Below, in pieces: positions 28,601-42,466 of a stretch of DNA of 64,000 bases (its first letter is position 1; every line of letters starts with the position of its first letter). Below the pieces are notes generated by a model. The model was not told the origin of the DNA. It searched no databases and was given only the letters and a program-made list of their open reading frames with translations. Made by a program: the position numbers and the translations under genes. The stretch comes from Marsupella aquatica (Eukaryota > Plantae > Marchantiophyta). The stretch covers positions 15,097,037 through 15,161,036 of the forward strand of contig OZ316891.1 in NCBI GenBank assembly GCA_973895155.1, read 5' to 3'.

Positions 28601-29486
28601 GTAAAATTCAATTCAGGGACGGATTGGATTGGAACAGCTGCCAAGTAGAGCTCGAGCTCGAGCCCTTTAAAAAAAAAGGAAAATGTCACCCTCATAAACT
28701 GAACTGAAGTGGCTGCAAAACCAGGCTTAATGCGACGAAGACGAACATCTACAGACTGAGGTCACCTGGAGGTTAGGGTAGTGGTTGCAGATTCTAATGC
28801 CGCACGTTTGAATGTTCGCACGTTTGAATGTTCGCATTCAACCCGGTTGCGATCAACGGAGCAATCACGCTTACGTGGTAGAACGATATGGAACATTTTC
28901 AGTCGCCCCGTGCAGCATGAATACCATTGGATACCCGAGCAAGAAGGAATCAACGAAGACTGGGATGAGGGATGAATATAGCAAAGCCGGCGAGAGTCTC
29001 ACTGGAAACGGACAAGATCTTGTTGCAACGGTGATTTCCTGGGTGTACTATTCAAATGGACACATTAAGACTAACTCAAAACCTTGGCACGGCTAAATGC
29101 AAATGTTCAGTCACTTTGGCTAAAAAAGCTAGGAACGGAATATCAAATGAGCCAAAGGACGGTCCCCGACGAACATTCTCAGGGATAATAACAAACCCTT
29201 TTTCCCCGTGCTACTATGCCAAAGATCGTCGACTGTATAGAAGGCAAGACGATACCTTTTCTCCCTGAGGTAGAGCTTTGAACAATTGCTGCAACGGTCG
29301 ATTATACTGCTCGAAAGTTTCAATGTCATCTGCTGAAATTTCGGACGCCGTATCTCCACCGCTAGCTAGATCTATTGCCGTCACACGGTGCCCCGACTGT
29401 TCCAGCAGCGGCACAAGCTTCCACCAGCACCATGCTCCATGGCCGCCTCCATGCACCAGTACAAAATGTTGTTTCTTCTCCTCCAT
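25639..29486 (-). CDS. Alpha/beta-hydrolase methylesterase (SABP2/MES family); exons 29486-29256, 28399-28265, 26936-26802, 25917-25639 (259 aa)
   Basis: Motifs HFVLVHGGGHGAWCWWK, nucleophile elbow VILVGHSMGG, PPTS...YSLCSPE|DL, RYGTVPRVFIMCEKD (catalytic Asp) and ADHMPF (catalytic His). Three phase-0 GT-AG introns give a 780-nt CDS. A likely 5'UTR intron acceptor (TGACAG) lies at 29511. Confidence 0.92.
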
Positions 29487-32460
29487 TGTCTTCCAAACCC
29501 GTTTCACTTCCTGTCAGCAAATTGTTTAGAAATGGAAAACCCCCGGACGAAGAGTGGCAGATTTATCGAGATTGAAGAAGGATCACTGGTTAGATACAGT
29601 GGGTTGCGATCCTCGGGGCTTGCTGGACATCAGAATTGGGACACTTTACAGGATTCTTCTCGCGTGTCCAGAGCACCAGCTCTCTCCAGACCAACTCCTT
29701 TCATGCCCTCAAACTCCCTGCCCATCAAGACGCCCAACTCTGCAGCGAGGAATTTCACCACATTTGTCAACGCGCTACATGGGCAAAAGCTCTTCTGGAA
29801 TACGCTGTTCGGAACCGATTTCACACACTCTAGTCGCCTCCTTCAGTTTTGAAGTCAATTTCCTCAAAAAGACATGGAAGAGGGAAGCAAAACACGATAA
29901 CCACGAAGTGCGGACAATAGTGAATCTAATTCTAATGAGAGGTCGGGTCCGGAACAGAAAGGGAAGGGACAGAAGAGAAAAGAAGAAAGTACCAAACGAA
30001 GGAAGGGAGCTCCGTATTTCAGCCTAAACTAGTCCACTATGGAAGGAGTGTGCGAATTCGCAAGCAACCTTTTGTTGGTTGGCAATGCAAAGGTGGCTGC
30101 CTTTTGAGCTTCCCGTAGACCACTCATTAACATGAGTCCCCACTCCTGGGTCCCGTCTCTCTCCTCCGTCTGTCCATGGCCCCTCCAGTCCACCTCCAGT
30201 CCTCCTCCTCCTTCTTGCTGTCCTGCCTGAGTAAAAGCCTAGAGCAGAACACCCTGTCGCCTTGTGGGCCCTCATCGTCTCGGCTGCACGGCGCAGACTG
30301 AGCACTGCACACAACTTGCATCATTCTGCTGGCTGACGAGTACAAGCGTTGAGAGCTTTTACGCCTCTCTTTTCTCCCAAAAATAGACTTGCTGTTCAAC
30401 GAAAAACAACTGCTCGCAGATATAAAATCACATCACAGCGAGTGATTGGGAAGTTGACTCATCTCACTTTTCCGCAAAAGTGGGCTTGTCTCCAATCTAG
30501 CCCAAAAATATCCCCGACATCCAGCCGGAAGGATTTTCGCAAGACGCTTGATTGCTGGAAAAACGTTTCTCCCATCAAGCACTTTGTTTTTTCCCCCCCT
30601 CTCTCTCCAGAAAGCGGCAAAGAGCAATTCGCGTAGAAGTCCTTTTTGACGGAATTCCATTGATTGATCCTCAGTTGACTGGTCGCAGCTTACGGTAGAG
30701 CACACTTCCATAATCACGAACAAGAACACCAATCTTTCTTACCAAACATAGTATGTGGCAATCTCCACAACATTTGGTTTAGCTATTTTTAAGGTTTTAC
30801 TTTTTCGCCAGTGTGTGGCGAAATTCCAAAGGAGAAGAAGCTCAAACTTATCTGACTATTTTCCTGGCCGTCAGATTCCCCTAGATTTAAGGATGTCCGT
30901 TAGATTCTGGCTAATGGGGCCTGTGATTAGGTAGGACACTACCAATGAAACAGAAAAATAGTAGCAAAGTTTTGCCAAAAGTGGCAAAAGCCTTTTTGGG
31001 GGAGGTCAAATTTGTCCAATTTCTGCCACTTAAAAAGCCGCTGATTTGGTTGTCTAAATCTGCATTCAGAGATAATGTCTCGAATCAATGGCTCCTGATG
31101 CACAATCGTGCTCATTTAATAAGTTGATCTAAGGGATGATTTAGTGGGCTCAAAATCCTGGACATGAGTTCCAAGTAAACTAATTTATTATTGTCTATGA
31201 GTCTGGTCACTGAATGCTTCCCCTTTCTCAACTACTGAGCATATTTGAATAGTGTGCCCAGAGTTTGTATTCAAGTGTCGAATATGTGTTTTAATTCTTT
31301 GTATGGAATTCTGTTCAAAAATGGATGTTGTGCTTAGATATTGACATTGTCATATGATTCATGAATTGTGTACAGTTGGTGCTCAATGTAGAACAATTAG
31401 GGTCAAAACTCAAACACAGCGTCCAAATTGAACATAACACCAACATTCACATATGTATGTTTGTCACGAGACCCAAAAATTCCATTTTTGTACACAATGC
31501 CATGGCGTTGTGTTGGGGGAAGACTGTAGGTGTGGATCCACATGAGTGCAGGGATTGCTGGACAGTAGTGGTCTCTTCAAGCATAGCCCAGGAAAACCAG
31601 TTTTCATTGCTCCAAGTTCAAGCTCATGAGGGGTGTTTCACAAGAACTGGGGGCACAAATTGTCATCACCAATTGCAAATGTGAGGTACAGTGCATACAT
31701 TAAATTAAAATGCCTGAACCAAAATGTGTAGGTCTGGGAAGAACAAGTGCAAGATCCTGAATAGAAATGTACCAAGTGGTCCATTCTTTAGACAACCTTA
31801 GGAGGTGGTTTACGTTTTTAACAGAAAAAAAGCCTGGCTACATCAGCCGACAAAAAGAAACTCACAAAGGGCCTTTAGGTGGTCTAAGTTTTTGATAAAA
31901 ATAAGCACGGCCACATCAGGAAAAACAGAGTCACATAAAGCCCACTAGCAAGTGACTAGGGTCAGTAATTGTTTAATTTGCTTGATTGTGCCTCAAGTTC
32001 ATGAAAAGTGAAGTCTTCCCACATTTCAGTGACTAGACAGAAATAAAGAGACCGGTCCCCTAGAGTTCTTGTAAAGCCCCCTACTTAGACCAGCTTTTGC
32101 ACAAACCCCCATCCCCAAGTGGGGTTCACCAGACCCTTTTGTACATAAAAGACTTTAGGCCACTCTCTTATTGACGGGCAGCATCTACAAGTGGGACCCA
32201 ATGAATTGTAATAAATGACTTTTCAAAAGACCGTCTACCTAAATTGGTGAAACTCAACTCTGGGAGATCTTAACACAAGAAACTTATTAGAGTGCAACAT
32301 TATATGCATTACTGCCTGCACCAGTCTTCACAGCATTTTGACCTCCCCAGACCTCCCTAGTAGACCGATTTGGGACTGCCGCTGCTTGATGAACTTCATG
32401 AGAGATGCATCACACTTGATGATCTGTGGAGAGTGTTCCCTGATTAATTTCTTGCATATA

Positions 32461-32858
32461 TAGTCCACGGTGCATGTAGGTGCACTGTGGATTAGTTGCA
32501 TATTGCCTATCACCTAAAGACAAATAGATAAGTGCAATTCCATCCCCTGTCACCAAATGACAAATAGATAAGTGCATATCCATCTACCCGGGCACAAATG
32601 CATATGTTGGTTTAGTGCGCAAAAAACTTTAAATTAGATACTGATAAGTGCGGAGGACAGTTACTTAGAGTAGTTTCATGTACTTCTCCAATTGAATTGT
32701 GCAGTGCAAAGGCTCATATTGTAAGGAATGTTGTGGCCTGACAATGCATATGGGGAAGTACATAAACCTATTTATGCACTTATAATATAGCGCATGTGGT
32801 GGATAAGTGCAGGCTCCCATCTTCTTCCTGGGAGCATGCACTTAAACATGATAGACCG
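32461..32858 (+). mobile_element. Third, more degenerate relative of the 6901-7350 MITE
   Basis: Shares TAGTTTCATG.ACTT.TCCA.TTGAAT and the end TGCACTTAAACATGATAGACCG; the TIRs are degenerate. Confidence 0.5.
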
Positions 32859-35800
32859 TCTGCTTGTATGCATAGTAGTTTTTCTTCATTGATTATCAGC
32901 ACATTGTTCGAAATAAACCAAAAACAAATTGGCAGGTGAGACAATGTTTTTAACGGAAACCGCCCTTTGAGAAAGCCCAGCATCTAGCTTACAGTTGAGG
33001 AAAAAATCCCTTTGTTTTGTGTATTTTGTCATATAAAGTTCTTTACTATTACAAACACGAAATATGCATCACACATCAAACCAGCCCGACACAATAGGAG
33101 CAGAGTCGTTGCATGCAGAACCAGAACCCAAGAGAACCCACTGTCACTCTGAAGCTAGAGCATAACCATCTAATTGGGATTGAACTTGAGATCTACAGGT
33201 CACTTCTGACCACCTGGCCCCACTAAAGTACTTCTAGAGGAGGGCTTATGCTTCTCTTTGAGAGACATGCTGAAAAAGACGTGACGTGACGTGATCGGCC
33301 TACGGAAGGAAAAAGCCTTCTTTGGGGCCCCCAAATCTTTTTAAGATTGAGAATGGTTTAGTTGCGACATCAACATGTGACTGATACAACACTCCTACAC
33401 TTTAGGTGGCCCCCAATGTCATAGGGATTTCTTGGGGCGTCCATCAAATATGTTTTACTTGAGGTCTGTATATGGGCGTTTCTATGGTCAATTTTAGATG
33501 GGACAAGCCCACAAGCTACGTTGCTCGTGTAGGACTTTGTAAGGCCACATCAAGTTTGTAAGATCATAAAGTACTCTACAAAACGAAGCCCAATCTTTCG
33601 CACACTTAGCTTAGGCGGTTGGTGGTCAAGTTCGAGTTGCGATGACCTCCTTGGCAGCAGTAAGCTGATGTGGTGTTTTGCCTTGTTTCCTAGCAAAAAG
33701 TTTAGGATGGAATCCCAGCCAAGCTTATGGCTCGAATGACTGACCCTGTCATACCTCTTTGGTAAAAGCATGAACCACATTTTGGGTTTTTACCTGGATT
33801 TTTATTTGAATATTTTACCATTTGACTTATGCATTTGGGATGACCATGAAAACATGACACAACTGAAATCAATCGCAGTAAGTTCATTCTCGATGATTCC
33901 CTGGTATAGCAAGGCCTTTCCCAGGTCACACCTCTTAAACCATCAAACCGTATCCAAGAAATTCAGCCTTTCTCCTTCGTAAGGATACGTGTTTTTTTCT
34001 GCCTATTCATGCCTCGTTGACAGCAGCGTTGCTGGAATAATTTGTTTATTTCCAATTTTGTAAAGCTCCCAGGTCAGATTTTTGGTAAACGTCATTTTTC
34101 AATCCGCAATGGCTGCTCTGAAATCAGATTGTTGATAAGTGAGTGTGAAGAACCATTGATCTGACTAAATGAGTTTTAATAAATAAATAAATCAATCAAA
34201 GATTGATCTTGGAGTATACAAAGAGAGATTAGGCTCCCACCAAAACAAATATTTCTTCTTAATATTACATTTGTTTCCTGTAAGAGTCAGATAACAGCTG
34301 CCACTGTAACAGGGGTCTGCCCAAGCCCAAGCTCACCAGTGTTCATTTTGCCTAAGTGAACACTAGACTTAGTTAGCTAGCTCTCTTATTCACTTCCCAG
34401 CATAGAACGCATGTACATTAAAAACATTTTCTTAAAATATGAACTATTCTAGATAAGGATTATTGTGGAATGTAGATACATTCTGGGTTCTACAGTTTCA
34501 GCCTAAGTGTTATTCAAAACTTCCTTAATTTTGTGATATGTTTTTTATATACAGAATTGCACTATATAATAAACTATCAAGAATAGCTTACATGAGAACT
34601 TCTGATTAAAAATACTAGCCCGATTGCCATACTAAGCGTTGCCTTTGCCACCTGTTCCCTCGCCTGGAAACGTGTGGCCACCGAGGAGTCAGGGGAAGGA
34701 GGTTTCATTTGGACAGCACACTCCAGAGTGTAGCTTTCAGTTGCGAAGGAGCTTCCAATGGCGAATTATTGGTTATTAGATAGATTTGATTTACTAGCCA
34801 CTTTTCCCCTTCTCCTCAAACAACACAGTCCGTCACTCTCCTTCCTCAATATAATAAAATGACAAGGCAGGAGTCAGACGCTACACTACACGTGCTGTAA
34901 TGGCGGCAGGCATATGGCAAGCTGTTGGTACTTTGACTGGGCCGTTGCCCCGTTTGGAGGTTAGCCCAAGTTCTATGGCCCGATTCCAAAGGTGTGCTAA
35001 CCATTGACAGGAGGACTGGACCGGTCAATCCAACAACGAGCATGGTCTCGTGGCTAAACAGGTCAATAATAGCTAGTCAGTTGTTCAGCGGCCATAGTTG
35101 GCGTATGAGTGTATGACAACTTACTGCAGGGAAGAAGGGAAGAAAGGGTCAATTCCTCACCATTCTCCTGTACAGTACGTACGATAGTCCGTTCTGCTGA
35201 AGAATGAAAGAATGACTGATTACGATGGAATGAAGCACTACTGCGAATGTCACGATAGCAAATATAAAACTTGGTCAAAATGGTGCTATCATTCTGTTCA
35301 TTCTCAGGTGAATACGGTACTGTTGTACAATCAAGTGATGAATGCGCAAGGACTGCCCAAGGGGGATGTCTACGAGAGTCGAGAGCAGTCTCAACCCACA
35401 AAGCTACAGCTCCCACCTCACCGCTATGTGGATCGTTGGAGAGCTACTGTGATGCAAACGAACTTAGGGTTTAGCTGGTAGGCATTGAGCGGTGGGCTTT
35501 CTCAGTGCCCCTTTCTGAGTTTTTTTAGTTGTTTAACAGGAAATATCTTGTTTAGTGATAAATATCACCCAGGTAGAGAGGAATTTAGGGTCAGGTCATC
35601 TCAGTCGTGTACTGGCCCTCCAAAAAATGGGCCCCAACAATATAGCAGAGCATAGCATCGCATCGCATAATGGTACTATGAGGTGGACATGGTGGACAGG
35701 CAGGCAGCGGAAGAGCCAAAGTTGAGAGATGCAACATCTGTGAGTTTTCAACAAAAATGCCCTCTAACAAACTTGAAAACTGGCTGCTCACGGACTTCAG

Positions 35801-35950
35801 TGACAACAAGAAATAGCAAGAATCAAAGAAGTTCTTGACAACACAATACTTCGTGAAAACTGGTGATTTATTAAGACCCGTTTGGTTCTAAAAGGAAAAA
35901 AAACCTCATGTACTATCCAGAATTTAGAGACTCCAAAGAATGGTGCACCT

Positions 35951-37219
35951 ACACTCTTTACAGTATTTAGTGTCACACACACTAATTAGGGGTAGCCCTT
36001 GATTTTCAGCCAAGTGACACTATTTACCGCCACCCCCAATTTTGAAAAATAAATTAACATATTGAAAAATATTGATAATTAGAGGTGACTATGTTATTGG
36101 TGGTAAACCTAAACTGGACCCATTCCAAAAATTATCCAGACTACCAATAACATCTTTTTGTGTGTATGTTCTTAGAAAGCTTCTTTGTGTTTTAGCTTGT
36201 CAGTTTTTGTGAAAGGAAGTTGACAGATTGATAACATGGCGGGAATGGATTGGCCATCATAGCTGGATTTGCTAGAGCAAGGGAATTCAAAAAGAATCAA
36301 GACTATGTTAAAATGTCACTGGTAATTATTGTGCATCTCCTTTGGCTTATCCTCACTTCACTTCAAAAAATGAAAAATGAAGACCCAAAAAATGTGGGGA
36401 CTGGGACACAGGGCACATCCGGGAAATTGATAAATCCACACGGACATTGTTTTTGACATTGGCAAGGGACTCTGTAGCTAAGGGGAACAGTTCTGTTGAC
36501 ATACATGGCATGTCTTATGCACAAAACTCAATGATAAAGATCTGTTTGTCTCTAAATGTCAATGGTGTATAGTCTGAAAATCAACTTACACTTGAGCTTC
36601 AAAATAGCATAGCAAAGTATTTGAGTGAATTTTGAAGTGAGTCAAGTTGGCCTTGACATTGATGCTATTATTGAAGTGACTCCTGATGTTGGTGAACCAG
36701 ATGAAGAGCCAACTCAACCCACTTCTCTTGGGGCTGTATGCCATCTTGCAAGGATGAGACACAAGGGACAGGTTATAAGAGAATAAAAAGGACGTTAGTT
36801 TGTAGCTTATGTGAGATAGCATGTGTTATTCGTAGTTGATAGAAATGAATCAAACAAATCTTGTTTGCTCGGTGTGGTTGAATACCCGAACTGCAATTTT
36901 GTGTTATGTGAGAAGGAGTTATAAATTTTCTAAGTTTGCTCAATGTTTGGGTAGTATATGGAAGGAGTTATAAGTTTCTGAAGTTTTCTCAATGTTTGAG
37001 TAGTAAATCATGTGAACTGTAATTAAATTTTTTATAAGCAAATTTTGACTAGACTTGTCCATTCTATTTTTTCTTAACTTAAGTGTATGTGACACTATTT
37101 GACTTGTGACCAGAATTAGTCATACTATATTAGTGTCACACACCCTAATTATCGTCATTTATCTCAAATATAACCTCACACTAATTAGAGTGTGTGAGAC
37201 TAAATACTGTAAAGAGTGT
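35951..37219. mobile_element. About 1.27-kb TIR element with CACTC-type termini (superfamily unassigned)
   Basis: About 40-bp inverted repeat ACACTCTTTACAGTATTTAGT(G/C)TCACACAC..CTAATTAG at both ends, subterminal GTGACAC/GTGTCAC motifs, and no clean TSD. Confidence 0.62.
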
Positions 37220-38361
37220 TGTTCAATATGAAATTCTCGTGCTCATCTTCTCAGAATGTGCAACAACGGTTGTTGCCCTTTCGTAAGCAGGCACAGCACC
37301 TTGAGCAAGTCCAAAGTTGAAGGCCAAAGTCCTCTGCCGTCTTTGTAGGCTGGAGGTATTAAATGGCTCCCTAAATGGCACCCTAAATGTTTGCAATGCC
37401 CTGCCAAGGTGCGAAGACAGACTCGCCTGGTCTGACAGGTAGCTTTGCAAGGTCCTGGGCCCATATATGATCTTTTTTGAATTCCCTTTGATTAAATCTT
37501 GACCATACAGTGGGTGGAAAATGGTTGCAGCTAACCTTAGAAGAACCCAGGGGCCCATCCAAGTATGGTGTATACAGATCCTAAATGTCATGCAGCGGGC
37601 CCAAGAAAATGCCAATTGAAGTGCTTATATTGTCTAGAATTTTAAACCACCTCAGGAGATGGTCCAAAGATTTCCAAACTCCGGCTTCTGGATTCAAAGA
37701 ATAATTGCATTTATTGAATTTCATTTTAAAGTGTTTCTTGTCTGGAGTCTATCTTTTGAACCAGAAGTGGCATTCCCGTTTGGCTTTGTCAAAAAAGTCA
37801 CATCCAAGAGTCCCCATGTTGGCATGTTGTGTAAAACCACCCTCGCTCCCTATTGACTAGTGGTTGTTAGATTCCACCACAATATTACATTCACGTCGAT
37901 GGCTGAAACCGAGGCTCATGAATAAGCCTTGAGCAATTGCTCCATGCAGCATTGCAGCCCTCTCGGTCAGCTGCCTGCGAGAAGTGAGCTATGGCCATAT
38001 TTAAAGACTCAAAAGGAGGTGTGAACCCCACTTCGAGGAGGGTTTTGTCAAACGAGTGAACACCCCCGCCGCAGGTTTCAACCCTTGCCCCTGGCCTGCC
38101 CCATTCAACTTGTCTGCCATTCTACGTATGCTTCATACTATCCCTACCATTATTTTATTCCAACACTAGGGTTGGCACAGGGCAATGGCCACAGCGGCGC
38201 AGCAAGCTCCCCAATTGCACAGCCTAATTGGTGTTTGCAAAGAATATACTACCATGCCTCCTAGTCCATTCCTCCTCGACGAGCTCATGGCTTGGGCACA
38301 CCTTGGGCCATTGACTGCTTCCTAAAAGTGGTCATTTCGACTATATAGTTATGCCCTGTTT

Positions 38362-38449
38362 CCAGGGCATTGTGGTGGGCAAAAATGCCCAAAAATACTC
38401 CAGCCTTAGCCAACTTGTTGAGAGACTATTATTGCCCACAATGCCCTGG
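38362..38449. repeat. Short inverted repeat / mini-MITE with hAT-like CAGGG ends
   Basis: CCAGGGCATTGTGG..GGGCAA and TTGCCCACAATGCCCTGG; a related end GCCCACAATGCCCT occurs at about 25324-25338. Confidence 0.45.
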
Positions 38450-39981
38450 TGACACATACACTTTAACCCCAAAAACGTTAACTCCGTCACTTTTTACATA
38501 CCTAAATTCATGCAAATTGAATTTATACTTCTTTGACAAAGAGACAAGTACAGGACAAAACTGAAATTGCCCTGCAAAGCCCAATTGGACATAAAGTGAA
38601 AAAAACAAAGAGAAAAATCTTGTAGGGACTGAGAAACGAGAAAAAGAGCTAGCAGGCGAGAGCAATAAGAGAATTTCTTCATTTACTTTGTACAGTACCC
38701 GACAGCTGCGTGATCAGATTACTTTTGTACGTCCATCAATCCATAATCGTCCCTCGTGATCGATTCACGCGAAATTATTTTTCCCGCTGACAGGATCTAT
38801 GGTATATTTCCCTGACTGCGATGCCTACTCTTGTAGTCCGACTTTCCAGGTCTGTGCAACTGTGGTTGAATCGGTCCTCTCAATCAAGTTTCTTTGTTCC
38901 GCTCCCAAAAAACAGTAGGGTCAATTATCTCGAGAGCTTTGAAGACAATCAAGACATGCTGGGTTCGCTCATCGAGGGTGCTACACTCAATTCTGACCAT
39001 CCATCGGGATGATCCAAAAGCTACTATAGCTTGTGCCTTCACAGTAGGTCGCCTTTCAAGCCCTGGAACTCGAATTTCGGTGCCACAGACCGAATGAATT
39101 CAATCGCTTGCGAGATAATGGGAATCTGGAGCTGTCATGATACATGTCAGCTTCCAAATTCGGCTCTAATCATTAACGAACACCCATGATCCGTCTCAAA
39201 CATCTCCATCGAAATGTATGATATCCACATACGTACTGTTGTTGTATACCTAATTAACTACGTACCTCTCCATGCTGAGAATTCATCATAATTATGGAAT
39301 TGACCAGCTGAAAGGGGAGATCACGAAATATCCGGGACAAATCACGAAAAGTTCCGACACAATCATAGAAATTGGGAGCTCGAGTAAAGCGAAACTTCCA
39401 TGGACCGACTCTCAGTGTCAATTTCCCCTCGATGCACCTGTGTGAGTGGAGGGGAATGTAGAGTGGTGGGTAATGGGTGCAGGACTGTGTTGGAGCTTTA
39501 AGCTCCCTGTCCAACCTCGGGTTTTCTCTGAGTCCTCGATTGCATCTCCGGGAATGAGCTGTCCAAAGACTGTCACAAGCCATAACTCATACAATAGTGA
39601 GGAGAGGTGAATGTTCCAAAAAATAAAAAACATACAAGTAATAATAAATAACTCGAAAACCAGTGAATGTTCCGTTCTGGCAAAAAAACCACATTCCCAA
39701 ACCAACAGTAGGTTTCTGGCCTCAAATGTCAGTTACGGGTAAAGTTCTGGTCTCAGATTGCAATCAACCTACTGTACTATAAATGGGCATGTTTTGTAAA
39801 AGCCTGAAAGTCCATTCTTTCAATACTAACAGAAATAATGACAATAATTTTCATTTTGACATACATAATATCACATCCTTCTTTACATTCACATAAAATT
39901 TTGGTGGGCCCCTAGAGCTAGTCATTGTCTAGAAGTTTCAATTGGAACCCTAGACCCTAACTCTAGCTTCTCATCACATTA

Positions 39982-40460
39982 CAATCTATAGTGTCTAAGT
40001 GCACTCCCGGGAAGACACCCCAAGCCCATTATGTTATGCACTTCATCATAAGTGCTTGTTGCACTTCTTCATATGTGCCTGTTGCACTTTCCAATAAATG
40101 CATATGAAATCACTTATGCACTTCCACAAATGTAGTTTCAGGTCATACGCATCGACTTCTCATACCCAGAATCCTCATAGTGCACGATTAAAGTGGATAA
40201 GTGCATGAAACGACAATGAGTAGTTGTCTGTTGTACTTATTAATGAATGCTTCTAACATATGTGTTGAGGTAACTGATTAATGTATGACTCTTGTAGACG
40301 AAAATGCCCTTATGGATTTGGTATTTAGTGACGGGCAACCTGCACTTACAAACGGTGTGTTACAAAGGAATTTGTTGTATTATTGAGAGACTACACGACC
40401 GGGCATTTACTTACAGAATGCAGTTATACATGCTGCAGTTATCCGCTGTCTCCTATAGTA
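39982..40460 (-). mobile_element. Second, inverted and diverged copy of the 6901-7350 MITE family
   Basis: The reverse complement aligns along its length (e.g. TATGTTAGAAGCATT..GTTTCATGCACTTATCCA..CTGGGTATGAGAAG..GTGCATAAG). One end reads TA|CAATCTATAGTG; the right boundary is approximate. Confidence 0.72.
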
Positions 40461-40769
40461 AAATTCCAGATCATTCTCAACAAATATTCTCTCTGCAAAT
40501 TTGTTTCACTTCTTTCCAACAGAAAGTACTGAAAGACTTGATGGGGCCCAAGGAGGCAATAACCTCCCACCAGCTGCCATACTTTTGAAAGGAACTGAAA
40601 GGCCTGATGAGGCAGTCACTGCCAGTTTTGTCAATGTTGTGGGCCATCTAGAGCTCCCAAAATGAGACAAACCAAGTTTTACTCTACACTATCCTATTGA
40701 TTTCCGTTCATTTCTTATGGAGTTGTGCGGTAAATTCTATTGAGAGGGGCCTTATCCTCCGGTTTCTGT

Positions 40770-40960
40770 TGTCACAAGTTTCTGTACCGTAGATAAATAG
40801 TAGGTGTCTCTTCGCGACATCGAGTTCAGATATCCAGTATTGTTTGTTGGGGTGAGAGGGTTGGTTTTAGTCACAAGTTTCTTTAGATGGTAGGTGTCTC
40901 TACATCACATAGAGCTCAGACATTCAGTATACTTGATTGGGGTGAGATGGTTGGTGTTAG
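40770..40960. repeat. About 95-bp tandem duplication
   Basis: GTCACAAGTTTCT..TAGGTGTCTCT..CAGTAT..TTGGGGTGAGA.GGTTGGT.TTAG occurs twice. Confidence 0.7.
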
Positions 40961-42466
40961 GATCCCGTCCATGCATGAACCAGAGCTCTACCAGGCTCTA
41001 CCTTTTGCTGATAGGTAGGCTTTAAGATTATTTGCTTTTGGTTGTTGTTGTGGGGGACTTGTGCCTGGGACTCTAAGGCTTTCTGGCTCTTTGGTCTTCT
41101 TAGGGTTTTCACTTGATTCTTCCCCTGTATTGAGTCTGTTGCCCTTGGGGTTCATATCTCCTGGTTGGGTGCCTCTTGTTTAGGAGTATATTTCTTAACC
41201 CCCCCACCCCCCACATGCAAGGGTTGTGGAGGGGAGGGGGGGGCGCAGGTGTGAGTCCTGCCGGTTTCTCCTCAGCCCCTGGCTGGTCCGCTTTGGGGCT
41301 CTGGTTCAACCCTCTCTCCCTCCTGGTCTGGATCCCTGTCCGATTCCTGGTTATGATCTCGGGGGGGGGGGGGCGGGGGGGGGGTGTTAGGGTTTAGGGG
41401 TCGACTACCCAAAACTATATGAATCACGTGCGATCCAAAATAGGTATTTTCAATGAAAACTAGCTAGATTTTTTAAAGCATAAGGGGAAAAACACAAATT
41501 CTGAGACACAGAGTTAAGGTGTTTTAGCTGAAACTAAAGAAAATTGAAATACAACTAATCTGAGCAAGAGGAATAAACAAGCAAAAGGAAATTAGTCGAT
41601 ACCCACGATGTGGCACAGAACTGAGAAAAGTGTGATCTTAAACGATGACGTGTGGGACGTTATTGGGAAGATTGAGCATGGGAGGACTTAAATTTGAATG
41701 ATAAACTGTGGCTTAGTCTAAGAATGAAAAGCAAGGAGAACAGTTAATCTTAGTGGAAGAAAACTTTAGTAGATCAGGAAAGAATGGGCAATGGACTGAT
41801 TGGAAGGAGGTTCTTCCTTTGTGAAATTGGAGTGTGGATCAAAAGAAATTCGTTAATGAAAGGAACAGGAAGCTCGAAGGAAAAAGAGGTTTTGTCACAA
41901 ATGCATTGAAAGAAGGGGAAGCCCAAAAGAGGATCAAATTTTTGCTCAGATGACTTGGCAAAACCATTGATGACTAGAGACCAACTTAGTCCAAACCTGA
42001 CCTGAGACTTGAAAGCTTCCAGGAGACAAATGGTCTGCCCAAATAATTGATGTGTAAACTCAAACCTTGAGAGCTATCTTCCAAAGATTGAAAACAATAA
42101 AGCTTCTTCAAAGAGCATCTTCTAATTAGTATAGATTGCAAGACCATGGTTAATTTGAATGAGTTTATCTTGTTAAATGACCAATCTAAGAGCAAAGTAA
42201 AGTAAGTTTAAAACATTGAATTGGAGTTTGTTACTATTCTTCATCAATAAAAGAAGTATACATCAATAAACTTTAGCAAGTCAGATCAGATTAGAATGAC
42301 ATGCTTCCTTAAAGTTGAAAGCTTTATCTTCACTGCATCAAACGGTTTTTGGACACCGTCAGTACTCCGTCCATGCCAAGAGACGGAGAGTAGCATAAGT
42401 CAGAACCTCGGGGGTCTCACTTCCACAAAAATGGCATATCACGTGCGACGAAAGATAGGGTCATTT

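Noticed and set aside
33030-33225. Minus-strand A/B-box-like motifs (GGCCAGGTGG..GTTCAATCC) suggesting a tRNA or SINE
   Set aside because: There is no cloverleaf, TSD or second copy; at best it is a decayed SINE and is not supportable.
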